64,000 nt of DNA, taken from Felis catus (Eukaryota). The DNA lies in assembly GCF_018350175.1 (NCBI RefSeq), contig NC_058383.1:23624001-23688000 (forward strand), read 5' to 3'. The translations under genes and the position numbers were made by a program. The notes beneath the pieces were generated by a model, which was not told where the DNA came from, did no database searches, and was given only the letters and a program-made list of their open reading frames with translations. This document shows positions 63,894 to 64,000 of the stretch, piece by piece (the stretch's first letter is position 1; the number at the start of each line of letters is the position of its first letter).

Positions 63894-64000
63894 ATTGAAT
63901 GTTAGTCAGCCATTAAACGGAATGAAATCTTGCCATTTGCAACGACATGGATGGAGCCAGAGTGTATTATGCTAAGTGAACTAAGGCAGAGAAAGACAAC

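Larger units (their letters stand above)
61985..64000 (+). mobile_element. L1 ORF2 3' region and 3'UTR (degenerate), antisense to the MFSD13B-like gene
   Basis: 62758-63198 translates to an L1 ORF2 C-terminal remnant ([24 protein letters not shown]...[13 protein letters not shown]); frameshifts and stops elsewhere. Confidence 0.93.

Overview
Mammalian genomic DNA from a felid: roughly 80 tRNA-derived Can-SINEs by manual count, including young SINEC_Fc-type copies, plus carnivore/felid L1 3' ends. Two genes lie on the minus strand. (1) The CpG-island promoter and first coding exon of METTL9 (11169-11333); its intron 1 runs off the left edge. (2) The last four coding exons of an MFS transporter of the MFSD13/TMEM180 family, most likely MFSD13B (57134-56980, 55170-55087, 50713-50591, 33177-33045). 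They splice with GT-AG sites and matching phases into an uninterrupted 164-aa C-terminus, and two of them are absent from the supplied ORF track. The rest is intronic or intergenic DNA packed with SINEs, L1/L2/MIR, a MER21 LTR, MLT1 fragments and DNA transposon relics (Arthur1, MER58, MER20, Tigger2). No tRNA, rRNA or CRISPR features were seen. The most interesting observations are the apparently intact orphan MFSD13B-like transporter, a uORF and alternative start codons in the METTL9 leader, a SINE dimer bracketed by a single target-site duplication (TSD), and repeated or bidirectional reuse of single L1-endonuclease sites. Repeat family names come from recalled consensus sequences, not from a database search.
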